From positions 3,227,223-3,291,222 of the forward strand of contig OZ316892.1 in the NCBI GenBank assembly GCA_973895155.1: a stretch of 64,000 bases of DNA, read 5' to 3'. The notes below the pieces were generated by a model, which was not told where the DNA came from, did no database searches, and saw only the letters and a list, made by a program, of their open reading frames with translations. The DNA is from Marsupella aquatica. Lineage: Eukaryota > Plantae > Marchantiophyta. Below, one piece after another: positions 34,945-47,920 of the stretch (its first letter is position 1; each line of letters starts with the position of its first letter). Made by a program: the position numbers and the translations under genes.

Positions 34945-36939
34945 CCATTAACCCTTTGAATGCAAGATCTTTTGGACTTTATCGATGAATTGTTTATGAC
35001 TCGAAGGCAAGAATTAACCGGATTGGGACATCAGAAACACTTTATGTCAAAACTTTCGAACTTTATTGGCTAGTAAAGTAAAGTACTCAGAGGCAACAAA
35101 TAAATGAGATTGGGTTTATTGTAGGACAAGAAACGGCATGATTGTGTGACTAGCATCTTGTTCTAGACGGACTAGTACAAGGTCCTTTAGTTTGCTCAAC
35201 TGCCCAGTCGATGAAAGGAGGTTTTGGTGCTACGGTAGGTGTTGTCAATTGTCAACAACCCCATTTTAGGTTAGGCACAATGATTGACAAATAAGTACTG
35301 GTAGGATATCCTAACCCAGATGGACCATTTTCAAATGTAGCTGAAACTTAAATCGTATCTTTCTTGTGTTCAACAGTGACAAATCGGGTCTTAAAAGTTG
35401 CATGGTCAAAACATAGGTTCAAATCTTGTTGGATAAACCATTAGCCTATATGTAGTAGCTAGAAGTATATTACATAAACAACAGAAAACCCGAGGGTTTT
35501 GCCCTCCAGCTTGAATATATACATCACAGTGCCCAAGGGCAGAAAATGCCTAACCGGGAGACATGAAGGAAATCTGAGTATCAACTTCCTCCATACAACC
35601 AGAACAAGTAACCTAGCAGATTTTTGTAGGTGCAAAAGATGACATAGAGAAGCTCCAAGTACCATAGCCAACTGTTCAAGGCCTTTACTTGAAAGCTTGT
35701 AAATTACTGAGTGAATCATCATTTTGTTTCCCTCCCTAGCCTCGCTCCTCTCGACCAGAAGAACCTGTATTTACCAGCCCTGGTGTGTCCTGCAAATCTA
35801 ATTATATAATTCTGATGGAAAGCTTAACAAGGATTCTTAACCATGCTTATGTTTGGGAGGTTTCATAAAGGTCCTTAGATATTTTGTCACTCCAATCAAA
35901 GTTCCTTATCATCAACTTTTTTTTGTGCTAAGTCGAATGGCACTACTGAATAAAACAATCTGAATCCTGAAAAGACTGATTACATCACAATGTTTGGAGT
36001 ATTCCTAAAACAGGATGACAACTGTTTTGGGAAATTACACCTAGGGTTTGCTGTGAAGCTTGGATGGATTGGCACAGAACGTCTAAATAGACTCTACTTA
36101 GTAGTATCTTTTATTGTTTTGACTGAAATCTGAGGTGTAAATGGGCTCACTGCCATTTGTAGCCGGCTTTAATTCACTGGTGGTAACTGACTCCGCCAAG
36201 GGATCCGCATGCTCAAATTACTCAGGTGCTCTTCACAAATTGAAAAGTCCTTCCCAAAGTAATCATTAGTGGCTCATACCGAACTATGAAGAGCTTCCTT
36301 CACAAAAGTGAAAGGTATGTTGGTAATTGGATTGTAATAGTTGCTCATTTTTGTAGTTGTTGGAAACAGAGTAAATGGTCTCATAACTTTGCAAGAGAGT
36401 AGAATGGATATCAAAGAACACCCTGAAAAAGTTGAGATTATGCAAAGATTGAAAAGTTATAGAAAAAACAAGTTTGTCAAAAATGAACAGTTTAAAATTG
36501 GCCCAGGTTCCTCAAACACTACTCATGTCATCCTAAGCAAAAATGAAGAACCCTTCCAGAAACATTTTGTCACTTTTTTGGGGTGTAAATGGACCAACAA
36601 CTTTTTACTAACTTTGCCCCAAAACTAAGGTGTCCTCCAAACAATTTTATCTATTGACTTGACCCACAAGTTGTTTATGGGTTAGTATTGCCTCAGTAGA
36701 CATAACTCTATTGGCATAGGGCCTCTCCTACCACATGGCAATGCAATATTGGCTGCAACACATGGAACTAGAACTTTTGGCCTACAACACATGGAAGGGA
36801 GAGATAAGCAAGTTAAGCCCACAACCAATTGCACCTCCATAAGGGGAGGCCCTACACTCATGGAGACAAACTAAGATTGAGAGGCATTTGCAATGGTAAT
36901 ACTATTACACTAGCCTGATGCCTATGAGTTGTACAAAAA

Positions 36940-37485
36940 ATGTCGAGGTGATATAAAGATGTCCACGTGATAAAACTTTACATGTTGAGCTGATAAAACT
37001 TTAGATGTTGAGCTGCTAAAAGATGTTGAGGTGATAAAAGATGCCGAGGAGAGAAAAGATGTTGAGGAGAAAAAGGATGTCAAGGAGAAATAAAGATGTC
37101 AAGGTGAAAAAAGATGTCAAGGTGAGAAATAGATGTCAAGGTGAGAAATAGAAAGTTTTTTGGGAGATAGTTGGAGGAATAAATTTTGGGAGAGAGTTAG
37201 AGGGATAAAGTTTTGGGAGCACGAGAAACCAGTGTTATGACACGTCCTAATGCTTTTTCTGGTTTTGTGTGGGGGGGAGAAGGGGGTTAACTTTTGGGGA
37301 GCTTTTTGGAGGCTTTTTCTGAGCAAGAGAACCCAAACCGGCGCCGTATTGCTCTGGGGGAGTAAGTTTTTGGGAGCAAGAGAACTCACACCGGCGCCGA
37401 ATTGCTCTGGGGAGTAAGTTTTTGGGAGCAAGAGAACTCTTGTTTCTGACTTTCTGTGGTGGTGGTGAAGATTTTGGGAGCAAGG
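36940..37485. repeat. Minisatellite blocks (~18-bp aaagatgtc.aggtga units, then ttttgggagcaagagaac units); probably TE-derived
   Basis: About 10 degenerate aaagatgt(c/t)(g/a)agg units lie at 36940-37150, and repeated ttttgggagc(a)agagaac at 37155-37485. Confidence 0.7.
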
Positions 37486-38123
37486 GTCCTCCTTGAATAT
37501 AGATATTCCAAGACAGCTCCAACAAAAAGAGGTGCAATCTTTTTGGGGAATCACGGTACCGCCTGATTTCGAGGGTGATCTCATAACATGTGTCTTCAAA
37601 GCACTGCTTCGATCCCACTATCTCGACTTGTGAGGCCGACATCGCTCATCTGACGACAGCCTCTCGTCCTCCGACGACTGAGCTTGTGTAAGCTGCAATT
37701 CTGCATGTGATGCACAACAGTAGGAGGAGGCTAAAGAAGCATCGTCTTTCCAGTGCAGCACAGGTTCTCAAATCTCAACGTCCTCATTGTGGCAACGTTT
37801 TCGAGGCAGCGTACTTGTCTGCCTGATGCTCTGCAACGGATCTATCTTCTACACACGTACGTAAGTCTGAGTCGATTCTCTGGGAGCAGAGCTTGGTGCA
37901 GAAGCTTTGTACAGTGTAGACGGCTCCTCCTAGATGGACACTTCAAATGTGCAACCCCAGGCTAATCCAATGCCATATTTTCCTCCCCTTCATGGGTTGG
38001 TTGCTTTGCTTTGGGATCATGTCTCCCCAGTAGGTTTTTTGGGACCCCACTAGAGGTCCCTTCCAAAATTCCTGGCACCACAACGTGTCACGTCAACAAC
38101 AATCATAACAAACAAGACTAGTC

Positions 38124-38239
38124 AATTTTGTGAATCAAACTTATAGTTTTTATTCATGTTTGTATCAATTTGGGTGTAAATAATTTTGTGAATCAAACTT
38201 ATAGTTTTTATTCATGTTTGTATCAATTTGGGTGTAAAT
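38124..38239. repeat. 58-bp perfect tandem duplication
   Basis: aattttgtgaatcaaacttatagtttttattcatgtttgtatcaatttgggtgtaaat twice. Confidence 0.9.
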
Positions 38240-41200
38240 TTTGGGACACCATACTGTAAAAAGAAAAATAAAATCATTGGAAATGCAAAGAACAAAACAG
38301 TTAAAACTGTCACTATGTAACCTTTTTAGTTATATTTCCAATTTTAAAACTTAAATTCAAAGATTTATAAAAAATATTTTTCATATAATAAATAATGACT
38401 AAAAACTAACTTGATAACTTCCTTGTTAAACCGCAACTCCCGGTATGTAAGGACCTCTCGTATTGTACGGCCATTAATGTTGGGAAGAGCACATAGAAAC
38501 CCAAGATCGGGGAGGAGGAATGGCTGGAATCTTGAAAGTTCATCGAATTTTATACTCAAAACTATTTACTCATTCTCAAAACAAAAAAATATCCAGTCAT
38601 AGATCTCATTGAGATCTTTCTTTTGCACCCTAGATCGCCTTCTAACATGGATGAATAAGATTTCTAGAGGCATTACAAAATGGACGGCAAAGATCGTAAA
38701 ATCAACAAAATCGACGGCTAAGAAGGCTTGGATTTGTTTAATTTTTCATTTGAAAAATATTAACCCATTTGCAAAACGGACAGAACCCATCCATAGATCT
38801 ATTTGAGATCTTTCTTTTGAGCCATAGATTGGCCATTATGATGGACGGACGAGATTTCCGGAGATAAGAAATGGAGAGAGCTCAGATCAACTCTTCCCCC
38901 TGATTTTATTAGCCAAGGGGTTCACGAACTAATTTGCCCTTGGGCAACGTGATATATCTTAGTGCCATAGGTTTCTTGCCTTTTATTCTCTTGAAAATTC
39001 TGCACTTGTTCTGGCATTTGTATAACTGCAACAGGGGCTGCAAGAAGTGATAGATATGTAAGTGCATAACCCTTTATAAGTAAATATACAGCACTTGTTG
39101 TAGAGTTTTCATAACTGCAACAAGAGCTCCACTAAATGACAAGTATGAAGGGCAAAATAGTTTATAAGTATGTGTAAGAAATGGCCACAAACTATAAGCT
39201 TAACTGGGAAACACAATCCCACAGGCGAGAGGGTTTACTGACACTTGTGGGGAAGGGTGCAGATTTGGACCTGAAACAAATGTGCAAACCCTAGTTACTT
39301 AGGAAACACTATCCCGCTGGCAAGAGACACAATGAGGATTTTATTTACACTTGTGGGGAAGATAGACCCAATAAGAGTTGACCTGCACTTATGGGGTAGA
39401 GCGCAAATTCCACATGGAACAGGTGCAAACCTTGGCTACTTGCAATGGCATCAGGATCTTCCCTTTTCTTTCCTTGACCATTCTGCTTTTGGTCTGGCCT
39501 AATTATATCTGCAACGAGGACTGCACTAACGACAAATATATAAGTGCATAACCCTCGTTGAGAGATTATCTGAGATAAGTACAGTCAAAGATTTTGAGGA
39601 GACAAGAGAATCATACCTGGACATCACATGACAACTTATAAGATGTGACCAGGGAAAGAGGGATGATGAAGTTGATTAAAGTGAGATGGCAACTTGTGGA
39701 ATGTGACCAGAGACCAATAAGTGATGACCACATGGCATCAATGTGAGAAGGGACAATGAAAGCAATCATGATGTCAATTATTAGTGCCATGCGTAAAATT
39801 GTACACTTATCGCATAGTGATAACCACATGCAACTGCACCACCCTAGCTTTCCTAGGAGTGTGCCCAAAGGAAAAGACATTATATTTGGCAATTGCAATT
39901 CTCGTGTGGGGATGTGTACTCCCCCGTGCATTTCGTTGCAATAACTACCTCAACGTGGGCATGGCGGATAGTCTGGCGTGCGACAGAGCCCAGACTGCGA
40001 GGGATTAACGTTCTGACGAACAATTAGTGACAGTAATTGGAGTAGGTGAGGAGATTTGAACTAGCGCAGAGAAAAACGAGAGGAAAAGGAGATGGTCGAC
40101 ATTGAGTGGTTTGCTGGCACGCGAGCTACGCATGGCTCGTGCTGTTCCGTCAGTGCAGTGCTGATTAGGTTCTCGTACTTCGTCCATTGTGCTATGGTGT
40201 TTAACGCTGTCAACACCAACGTGCTCACACAATCGGAATACAGATCGGTAGAAAAAGGGAACAGAGACTATCAAGGAAAGCTGACTCTGCTGCGAGATCG
40301 CGTCCCACTCTCGCAAATAGCTGTGATTGCGACAGTAAAGAATCGCGTAAAGGAGTGGATTCGACGGCAAGGTACCCTTTCCTGGCAAGCAAGCGAACTG
40401 TTCAAATAAAGGAGAACAAAGGAGTAGAGGAATTTGGCATATGTTGGGCGAGTCTGTAGGTTCTCTCAGCCCTGCCCTGACGAGCGCACCCACAATCCCC
40501 ACCCACTGCGCCGGTTGAAGGGCGAGGGTGTGAACCTTGCCTCGAATACGCCTAATCAAAATCCACTGTGCGCCCATTGGGGGGAAGAGAGTAAATTACA
40601 GGTTGCTGCATGCGATCGCATGTTTGCTTTAAAAATGTTCTGTACATATGGCGCCGATGGAAGCTCCACTGGTGCAAACAGATCGCGTTGTGACCTTTTA
40701 ATGCAAGGAATGGCTGACACTAGCTCTAGAGAATTTTATTGCAATAAATGCCAATGGCTGTGCACATCCTGTAAGAACAAGACAATTCAAATCTGTGCCA
40801 GAATCACGCCAGCAAGTACACAAATGTCGGAATAATTTACATGCCACGAGATGGAGCGCAACAATTCATTGCAAATTCAAATGATCTTGAATTGCAAGTC
40901 AGCGGAATTCTATTGCACTCATCTGTTCCAAACCCCAGTATACAGGTCACACTATTGTTGATGACAAGAACGTTCTTGCTCACATCAACTAGATGAAGAG
41001 CAGAGAAAACATTGACGCATCCATATGGAAACTCGTGGGATTGGTCTGAGGCAACACTGGTGGCGGTCTTGAAGACATCCTGGAGTAACGATACTTGATA
41101 CCGGCAATTCGACAAATCAATTTCTGCATACACCCGGAAAGCACAATACACGGCAATTGAGACATCACTGCGCGTATCTGTTTCAGCGACAAGATACGCA

Positions 41201-44200
41201 ACAGGGAGCATCCTACTCTTGACAGGCCGATATCATACAAGTAGGGCAACAAGCGAGCAGTCTTCTCCACTCCGCAACGCGCATAGCGTCTAGGAGAAAC
41301 ACCAAATCTTCAGTCAAATTGAAAGAACGTATTGGACCACTTGGGTTAAGAGACAACGTCATCATTTAGTCGCGACATCCATTACCCGGATATTAAGTTG
41401 TGCTAGTCACAAACAATTCATTAGACACTCCTCTCCGAGTAGTGAAACGCGAAGTAGATGCATTCGTTAAGAGAACGCTGAGTGGCACGGGAGGCCACAG
41501 TGGAAGAAACGAAACTGAACTTCTTTCAATAGTTGGAGATGCGTATCCTTCTCCTGCCAGCCGACCGAAATAAGAAATCTAACGGACTTCGTTTAAGCAC
41601 CTTGCCATGTCGAACCTTTACACTGACACCCGCCGTGGCTCAAAACTATAATTCCTTCGACGCGGGTTTACGATCCCAAGCCTCGGCGGACAGGTAGTAG
41701 TCGACAAGGAAACGGATTAACTGCAGACTATAAAATATACTAATTCGCGAAACTGAACTCGAAATTGAATACTGCCCATGTAGACAACTCATAGTTTCCA
41801 TGTAACTCATTAAAACAGCTGTGCAATCTACTCAGTGAGAAACTAACAGCACTGTTAACAACTTCCAAGGAAGCGGTCAGGACTCTCAGCACTCTGAAAT
41901 AAACCGGCAGCTCAGCTTTCTGAAAGCTTTTCAAAATGGTGATGTGAAAAACAGTGAAGGTCAGAAATAACCAAAGACATTAGAGAAAATCGATTAGAGA
42001 ACAACACATCCACATCAGAGGTCGAGCGGACGGTGCGAAGCGGTGGCACAAGACATCGACCATCAGACAAACATACGTCGAGAGACGGGTCGAGAAACAG
42101 AAGAACAATCCGCTTTTGCGGCCTCTCTAATTATATTCCATCATCGAGGGCGCTAATCCCTAATCTAGCCGTTCCCAGCTAGGAGGCGCTTAGGGAGGAA
42201 AGTTTCAGCAGTTCGGTAGTGAAGCACAAGTCAACACCGTTGTACTCTACCCCATGAGCCAGGCCGGCTTATCTGTACAATGGTCACTTCAGGCCCTGAC
42301 ATGTGACTAAAGCAAAACTATAACCCTCTTCGCTGCTTGGGAGGGGACATTTTGAGTCGAACCCTCCCCATCCCACATTTATTTCCCAGTCATTTGCGAG
42401 TGCAGCGACATCATTCACGCCTTTGGCTGCACAGCTGCTACCTCCTTCCAAGCCTCCGGCCGACATCTCACATGTAAAAGAACCTGTACACAAGGAATAC
42501 CAAAATCACGGTCGACAGAACGTTCAGCGCCATCTTCGAATTGAAACCCAGAGTCGACATCTTGCGTTGCTCTGCCTTCGCGTGTACTATGATAGGTGCA
42601 GTCTCGGAGAGCTCTTCAAGGAAGCTGCTGCTCGCGAGCTCGACGTCGGAACTGTACTCGCCCGTCGGGTGAAGCATGCGTGAAGATGGGAGACACACAC
42701 CCTCGGGGGGAAATTATAATTGAGAAAAAGGTCGTCGCTGCTCGAAAAGCCTTTAGAGAATTAAATGAACCGTGTTCTGCATCAAAATCTAATCCCTGCA
42801 GGCACGGACGTGAAGACAAATCGCAGTCAGCCACTAAAGAGGTCCGAACTTATTTAAAACGCCATCAACTCAGAGAGAAAAAGTATGATTCGAAGAAAAC
42901 AAAAACAAGTCGCGAGGGTTGATAACAGTAAAAAGCGCCACCGCAAAATCCGGCTCGTATCATTGCCTGGAACATTAGGAGCTCCAGCTGGGAGCTTTCG
43001 TCTGGACAAAGACATCTGGAAGAGCAAAATGCCGCTCCAGCTGGACTCCTTCATAACAACAAAAGGAGCTTAAAAGCCGTGAAGCACACTTCACGACATT
43101 AGAGGAATTATCGGTGAATAGCTCCACAAGCACATGAAGCAGAAGCCGTGGAAGACTCAATACCTTTCGACTAGATGTCCCAACTACCCAACTTCGTACG
43201 CGACGCAAAGCTATTCTTCTAACTCGACATGAGCCTGCCTGAGTACTACTGTAGAATGGACCCTTCGCCCGTGCCGATAATCAGCGACGCATAGATAGAG
43301 TACACGAAACCCTTGCGCGCCAGCGTCCGTGCCGATAATCACCGTCGCATAGATAGAGTACAGACGGTGCGCGATGATCAACCCCAACGCCTCGTCAGCC
43401 GAAGCAATCGCTCGGCAGCTCAAACTGCTCGGAATCAAGCAATTCACCTACTTCATTACACGCTTGTCTCGTTCCCGCTGCCGAGAGCGAGCTTTCATGC
43501 AATTATCTCAGGGCGTGGTTCAGCTGCGCTCCGTTCGAGCTCGTCTGCAGTAAGTGCTCAATTCTGAGCTGATACAGAGAAATAAGAAAAGTCGCAGGAC
43601 AGAATCGATTGATTGAAAGACAGCGTCTGAAACGCGGAAGTGTGATCAATACCGACAGATTCTTCTTCTCTCTCTTGCTCTGGACACGACTTCAGTCATT
43701 CACCCCAACTCGAACGAAAATTCTTAATAATTCAATAATTCTCTTTCTCCCACTCTGTACGCGACTGCCGACTTCATTCATTCAGCAGAAGTCGAATGAA
43801 TACAGAATGAATACAGAATGAATACAGCAATGGGAAACGAGCTTCGACAGAATGAAAGCTCGATGCAATGATGATGAGACCTACTCGGATGCCACTAATT
43901 AATTGCCGGCCGTCAAATGCAGGTTTCGAGAGAAGCCCGTGCACACAGCTGGCGAGGAGTCGAGCAGCGAGTCCTCAGTCCTGCCAACTGTGGTACGAGT
44001 ATTGATGTGGGGACTGAGAACGACTCAACGTCTCAACGACTGGGAAGACAGTCGTTCGGTACAGTCGTGCCATTGCAGTTGGCGCAAAAACTAATTAATT
44101 AGTCCCCAATCTTTGATTTGACCGGCGAAATATTTAATGATCACTGTCTCTTGTGGACCCAAATATTATTCGGCCAGGATGGACCAAGTGTGGTGTTGTG

Positions 44201-44407
44201 CCTATCTTCACGGATTCAGGAAAGTCATTGGTCAATTAATGTGTTTAGTAACCTGTCCTTCAACCATGTAAATTTTGAGTTCATTAAGGTGTCCCTAAAA
44301 ACAAATTATTTGTTGGGTTGCCCCTGGTTTGAAATTCACCAAAATGTCCCCAAACAAATTTATTAATTAACTTTACTCTCATTTTGGATATTTATCAGTC
44401 TTATCTT

Positions 44408-45881
44408 GAGATATATATTTAGTGGACCTCCAAATACAACTTTTTCTCTTAATGGACCAAAAGTTGCACACGCCCTCCCAGTGGACCCCAACATTTAGAT
44501 TCTCTCCCAATGGACCCCTGGGCCCACTCCGTACAAGCATGTTCTTCTGAAACACCTTACCGTGCACAGTTCAGGTCCACTACGTACCCTGTGGACATCG
44601 TGGTTGGTCATGTGTAGTAGGCCATCGATAACGTCGCAGTCCACAAGCGTCGTAGCCCTGGCCGCAATCGAGCGCTGCAACATCATGGCTTCCTAGTTTT
44701 TGTGAATACAATAGCCTAAACTACAATAGCTGCAATCTAGAACAATACAACATGGTCAATGTATTCACTCTACGCATGCAATGACACGTACATCGCGATT
44801 CTAGGTTGCATCTACTTTGGATACATAGTGGACATTGTATTCAAAGATCGCACTTAAACAAAGTTAGGACTCCCCTGCCTTACATACAGGAACAGAACCA
44901 AAACCTGTTCAACATAGAACACTATATTTGTGTCTTGCATACAATATGCATGTTGTATGCACATTTCCCCCCGACTTTACGACGAAGACACCCCCCTTTG
45001 AAGCCTTCCCAAAATTAATGGACAAAACTTATCGTATTACAACACAAAAATATGATTTGTATGTATACACTTTGCACGTTGTATTCGGATTTTCACACTT
45101 AGGAAAAAAAATTGTCCCTCCGACTTTACGAAGACGCCCCCCGCCGAAGCCTGCTCAAATGGACAAAATCTATTGTATTTCAACATAGAAATATGATTTG
45201 TCATGTATACACTTTGCACGCTGTATTTAGATTTCACACTTAGAAAAAAAGTTTGTCCCTCTGACTTTACGAAGATGCCCCCCTCCGAAGCCTGCCCAAA
45301 TGGACAAAACCTATTGTATTACAACACACATATATGATTTTTCATGTATACACTTTGCACGTTCCATTTGGATTTCACAATTAGAATTTGTCCCTCTGAC
45401 TTTACGTACGAAGACGCCCCCCACCGAAGCCTGCCCAAATAATCAAAACCTTTTGTATTACAACACAGAGATATGATTTGTCATGTATACACTTTAAAAG
45501 TTGTATTCAGATTTCACACTTAGAAAAAAAAATTGTCCCTCCAACTTTACAAAACGCCCCCCCCCCCCCCCCCCGCCAAAGTGATGGTTCATGTTTGTAT
45601 GCATTGTGGTCAATGTATACATTGTGGGATACATTGATTCACTCAGAACTGCAATCGTAGTCGACTGCGTTCGGTGATGCGGTCGGACACTGAAGAACAG
45701 TAGAACATGCTGTGTTTTACAGTGACAATCTCGTGCTATAAGAACTGCACAATGTGTTAGAAGAACATCTCACACGAAATGGCACCTCTGGTGGGCCCGG
45801 AGGTCCAATGGGAGGGCGTGTGCAACTTTTGGTCCATTAAGAGAAAAAATTGCATTTGGAGATCCACTAAGTATATCTCTC
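44408..45881. mobile_element. Non-autonomous Mutator-like element (MULE) with long TIRs and 10-bp TSD
   Basis: The TSD GTCTTATCTT is at 44398-44407 and 45882-45891. The TIRs start GAGA.ATATA.TTAGTGGA.CTCCAAAT.CAA.TTTTTCTCTTAATGGACCAAAAGTTGCACACGCCCTCCCA and remain alignable for roughly 150 bp. No transposase is present. Confidence 0.9.
44899..45575. repeat. ~140-bp tandem array (about 5 copies) inside the MULE
   Basis: caaaac.tattgtattacaacac..atatgattt.tcatgtatacactttgcacg..gatttcacacttagaaaaaa.ttgtccctc.gactttacgaagacgcccccc starts at ~44899, 45023, 45164, 45305 and 45444. Confidence 0.9.
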
Positions 45882-47509
45882 GTCTTATCTTACGAACTAT
45901 AATACACAATTTCACCTTTTTTACTTGTGTTTGCTTACAAAATAAACTTTTGGAGGGAACTCATCATGACCCTTGGATTTAAAACCTAAATATTCCTCTC
46001 CATGAGATATGGTGAGAGGAATAATAGATGTCCTAGTTTGGGCACACCCACACCTAGACTATGGCACTAATATCCATAAAATGATTCTAATATCAAGATG
46101 ATTGGAAATTAAATGTGAGTCTACATGTGGCTATAATGGGTAGGTGGGTCTAACAAGAAGATCTAAGTAGACCCCACATTACTTTTGGACACATGCTTGC
46201 CCCATTCACCTAAAGTAAACTTAGAGAAAACGAACAATACAAATTAGAGTTTGGAGTTGAAAAGACATTATTTATAGGAAGTGGGACACGGGCTATTGAG
46301 GAGAAATTGAACTAAATTTCTTACTTTTTCTATTCTCTCTATGAAGTAGTATTTCTTCCAACTTACATTGACACTAAATCCTAAATTCATTTTTGCAATA
46401 ACCATATTGACCACGGACACAATGGCCCCAAAGATAAATTGATGACAACAATGAAATGGTCTGATAATTGATTGCAACAATGAAATAGTCACAATAATAA
46501 AATGGTTGTAATGACAATTATGCACTGCACGGGCAATGAATTTATATATATATATACATATACAAATCAAACAGTATAAAAATTTATCTTGCCTAAATTA
46601 AAGCTTCCATGCTTTGACATGCCATACTATTGTCAGTTGTCTAATAAATGAAGCCAGCACAAAGGTAAGTAGAGGTGACTCTGATGGGGACATGTTACGT
46701 CTGTAAAGAGAAAATAATTTGTTCTGGACCCCGTTCTATGTATGGTTTAGCAGTTGTTCCTTGTTCGCATTAGAAATGTCTCAAAGCTTTAAAGTTGCGG
46801 ATGATGTCTCGAAGATTTTAGCCATAGCTCTAGGGCTGTGAAATTTATTTGTTTTGTTTTTTAAAACCTTGCTATATGGTCATGTTAAACTGGTCAAACA
46901 TGGTTGCAGCTCTACTTGAATGTATTTGCTGGACTAGATATTAATATCCTTCATTGTAAGTCTGAACTCGACTACAAAACTATCAAACTGAGAAAACTGC
47001 CAACATTGAATGAGTGAGACATAACATAATGATCAATAACAATGACTAGAATATAATGTTGCAAAAGTATCTTTGTGCTATGTTATGTAAAATTTGTTCA
47101 CAAATATGAAAGAGAGACAGAATTCTGATGCAACCAATTGATTTTCAAATCTGCAGAATTACAAAAAGATCTTAGAAACACCCCATATAAAAACTGGGTT
47201 GCCTGGGAAAGCCTAGAACTTTGCTGGGGCTGTTTGATAGATCAATTGCATGATCAAACTCAATCACTGATGTATCAAAAAGAGGATGCAACTGATTGAT
47301 TGAGACTAAACAAGTTTGAATGAACAAGGCTTTCCTTGCGATGCAAGATGAATGACGATTAAGAGTAACTTGCTTCCAGCTGTTTGCTTCACTTTGAGAT
47401 GGATTGGCTACTTGGCAAACACTAGCCCAATTTCCTTGAACGTAAATAGATATGAAGAATTAAAAACAATCTTGCATATGGAAAATTTCTATGCTACTTG
47501 AGTTAATCT

Positions 47510-47920
47510 TTGCCCCTTCCTTGTTTTTTGTCCACCCTCATTTCAGTTTTGTATTTACTTGAAATCAATATCATTTGTGCCCCTCCTCAGTGAAAGTTTT
47601 TTTTATTGAGACTCATGATTACTTTTGTCTGTATTAAGGGTTAGGTTCTAGAGGCTTCACTCTAGATCCTAGGCCCTTCAGAGTAGACTTTGTTGGCACT
47701 TTTATAATAAGATTTCAGCTAATCTTTGCAGCATCCTTGTTTTTAGTTCACCCTCATTTCAATCGTGTCTTCATTTGAAATCAATATCATTTTGTCCATC
47801 ATCATTTAAACTTTTTTTTATTGAGACTCATGATCAGTTTTGTCTGTATTAAGGGTTAGTGTCTAGAGGCTTCCCTAGGCCCTTAAGGGTAGACTTTGTT
47901 GGGGGTTTTATAATAAGGTA
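47510..47920. repeat. Tandem pair of a dispersed repeat, with an inverted copy at ~6036-6160
   Basis: ttttttattgagactcatgat..ttttgtctgtattaagggttag..tctagaggctt..ctaggcccttaag.gtagactttgttgg occurs twice. Its reverse complement resembles caaagtctactcttaagggcctagggtctagagtcaagtctctagac at 6061-6107. Confidence 0.8.

Noticed and set aside
37117-37642. 160-aa and 131-aa minus-strand ORFs
   Set aside because: They are translations of minisatellite sequence. A TG...CA boundary pair at ~37232/38098 has no TSD, so no LTR is called.
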